The position numbers were made by a program, and so were the translations under genes. The notes below the pieces were generated by a model, which was given only the letters and a program-made list of their open reading frames with translations, did no database searches and was not told where the DNA came from. A stretch of DNA of 64,000 nucleotides, from positions 577,888-641,887 of the forward strand of contig NW_018405338.1 of the NCBI RefSeq assembly GCF_002113885.1. Direction: 5' to 3'. Source of the stretch: Mizuhopecten yessoensis. Lineage: Eukaryota. Positions 63,104 to 64,000 of this stretch are shown here, piece after piece (position 1 is the first letter of the stretch; each line of letters starts with the position of its first letter).

Positions 63104-64000
63104 ATTTGACAGCTTCCTTCTCTTTGAGCTCAGTTGGGTTCTTAAGTAAAATCGTATAAAAGGAAGATTTTTGAAAAAGACGTCATTGTATATGGATGGA
63201 GCATTGTGTTGGCTTGTGTTAGTATCTTTATAGTTATTTATAGATCAATGGACCTTGATGTAAACTTTTGGAAAGTGGCGAATTGTCAGAGGTCATGTTT
63301 GAAAAAATGGTGACATGCCTGGTAATTTGATAAAGTGTTCAGACTTTATCAGTGTGGTGTCTGTCGAAGGGTACACAGGGGAAATTACATTTCACAAACG
63401 CTTCCTTTTACAAAGAGAATTGTATTTTTTTTCAGCAACAAATATTTTCACTTCACAATCAGAAACAAGACCGGTATGAATGCTAAAAAGCATGATTGTA
63501 GAAACTATCTGGAAATTCTACTTTTCATCTTCATGTGTCTTGATGAGTAAGATTTGGTTAAAAATTTGCTATTTCAAGAAACATTAACACCCCTTGTGTG
63601 CCGCCACCATCTGGGCCAACAAGTATAATTTATACATGCTGATGTAATATGTTTCATAATTGTTGTAAAATAAATAAAGTTTAATTTGATATAAATGAAG
63701 ATAAAATCGTAGCTGATTATCTTTTCCTGTTCCCTTGAGTGACATTTAGTGTTATTTGATTTGTGTAATTTGTCAAGCAATTTTATGTTGATATTAATAA
63801 TTTGAATAAGTGGTTTCTTCAGACAGTTTGTGTTAAACTTTCAAAATACCACCCAGACTTTCGGATGGCAAAGTTTGATAAATCACTTAACTAAATACCA
63901 GTTCACACCTTTGTTTGCCGAAAGGGACCCCCAGTGCGATAAACAATATGGATACAATGTTCCTTGTTAAGTGGAGGGGCACATCTTGACTTTGGGTGGG

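Overview
AT-rich eukaryotic (metazoan) genomic DNA. The repeat families point to a lophotrochozoan, probably a bivalve mollusc (inference): HINE/Helentron-type elements, V-domain tRNA-SINEs and TTAA micro-MITEs. There is no long protein-coding ORF. The six-frame ORFs are chance, tandem-repeat or N-gap artefacts. The window reads as the 5' intronic territory of one very large + strand gene whose shared coding exons lie outside the window. The main finding has two parts. (1) Two strong zero-length-exon junctions (polypyrimidine tract-TAG|GTAAGTGG) sit at 2399/2400 and 62590/62591, each followed 57-70 nt later by a second GTAAGTAT donor. This is the recursive splice site plus stop-containing RS-exon architecture known from Drosophila and vertebrate long genes. 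(2) Between them lie four good and one weaker short ATG-initiated exons that all end at a phase-0 donor. These are candidate alternative first exons; one resembles a mitochondrial presequence and one follows an in-frame hydrophobic uORF. The rest is non-autonomous transposons, SINEs, about a dozen minisatellites (one with a higher-order repeat), a perfect interleaved inverted repeat (A-B-A'-B') and a 777-N assembly gap. All splice and exon calls come from sequence motifs only and need RNA evidence.
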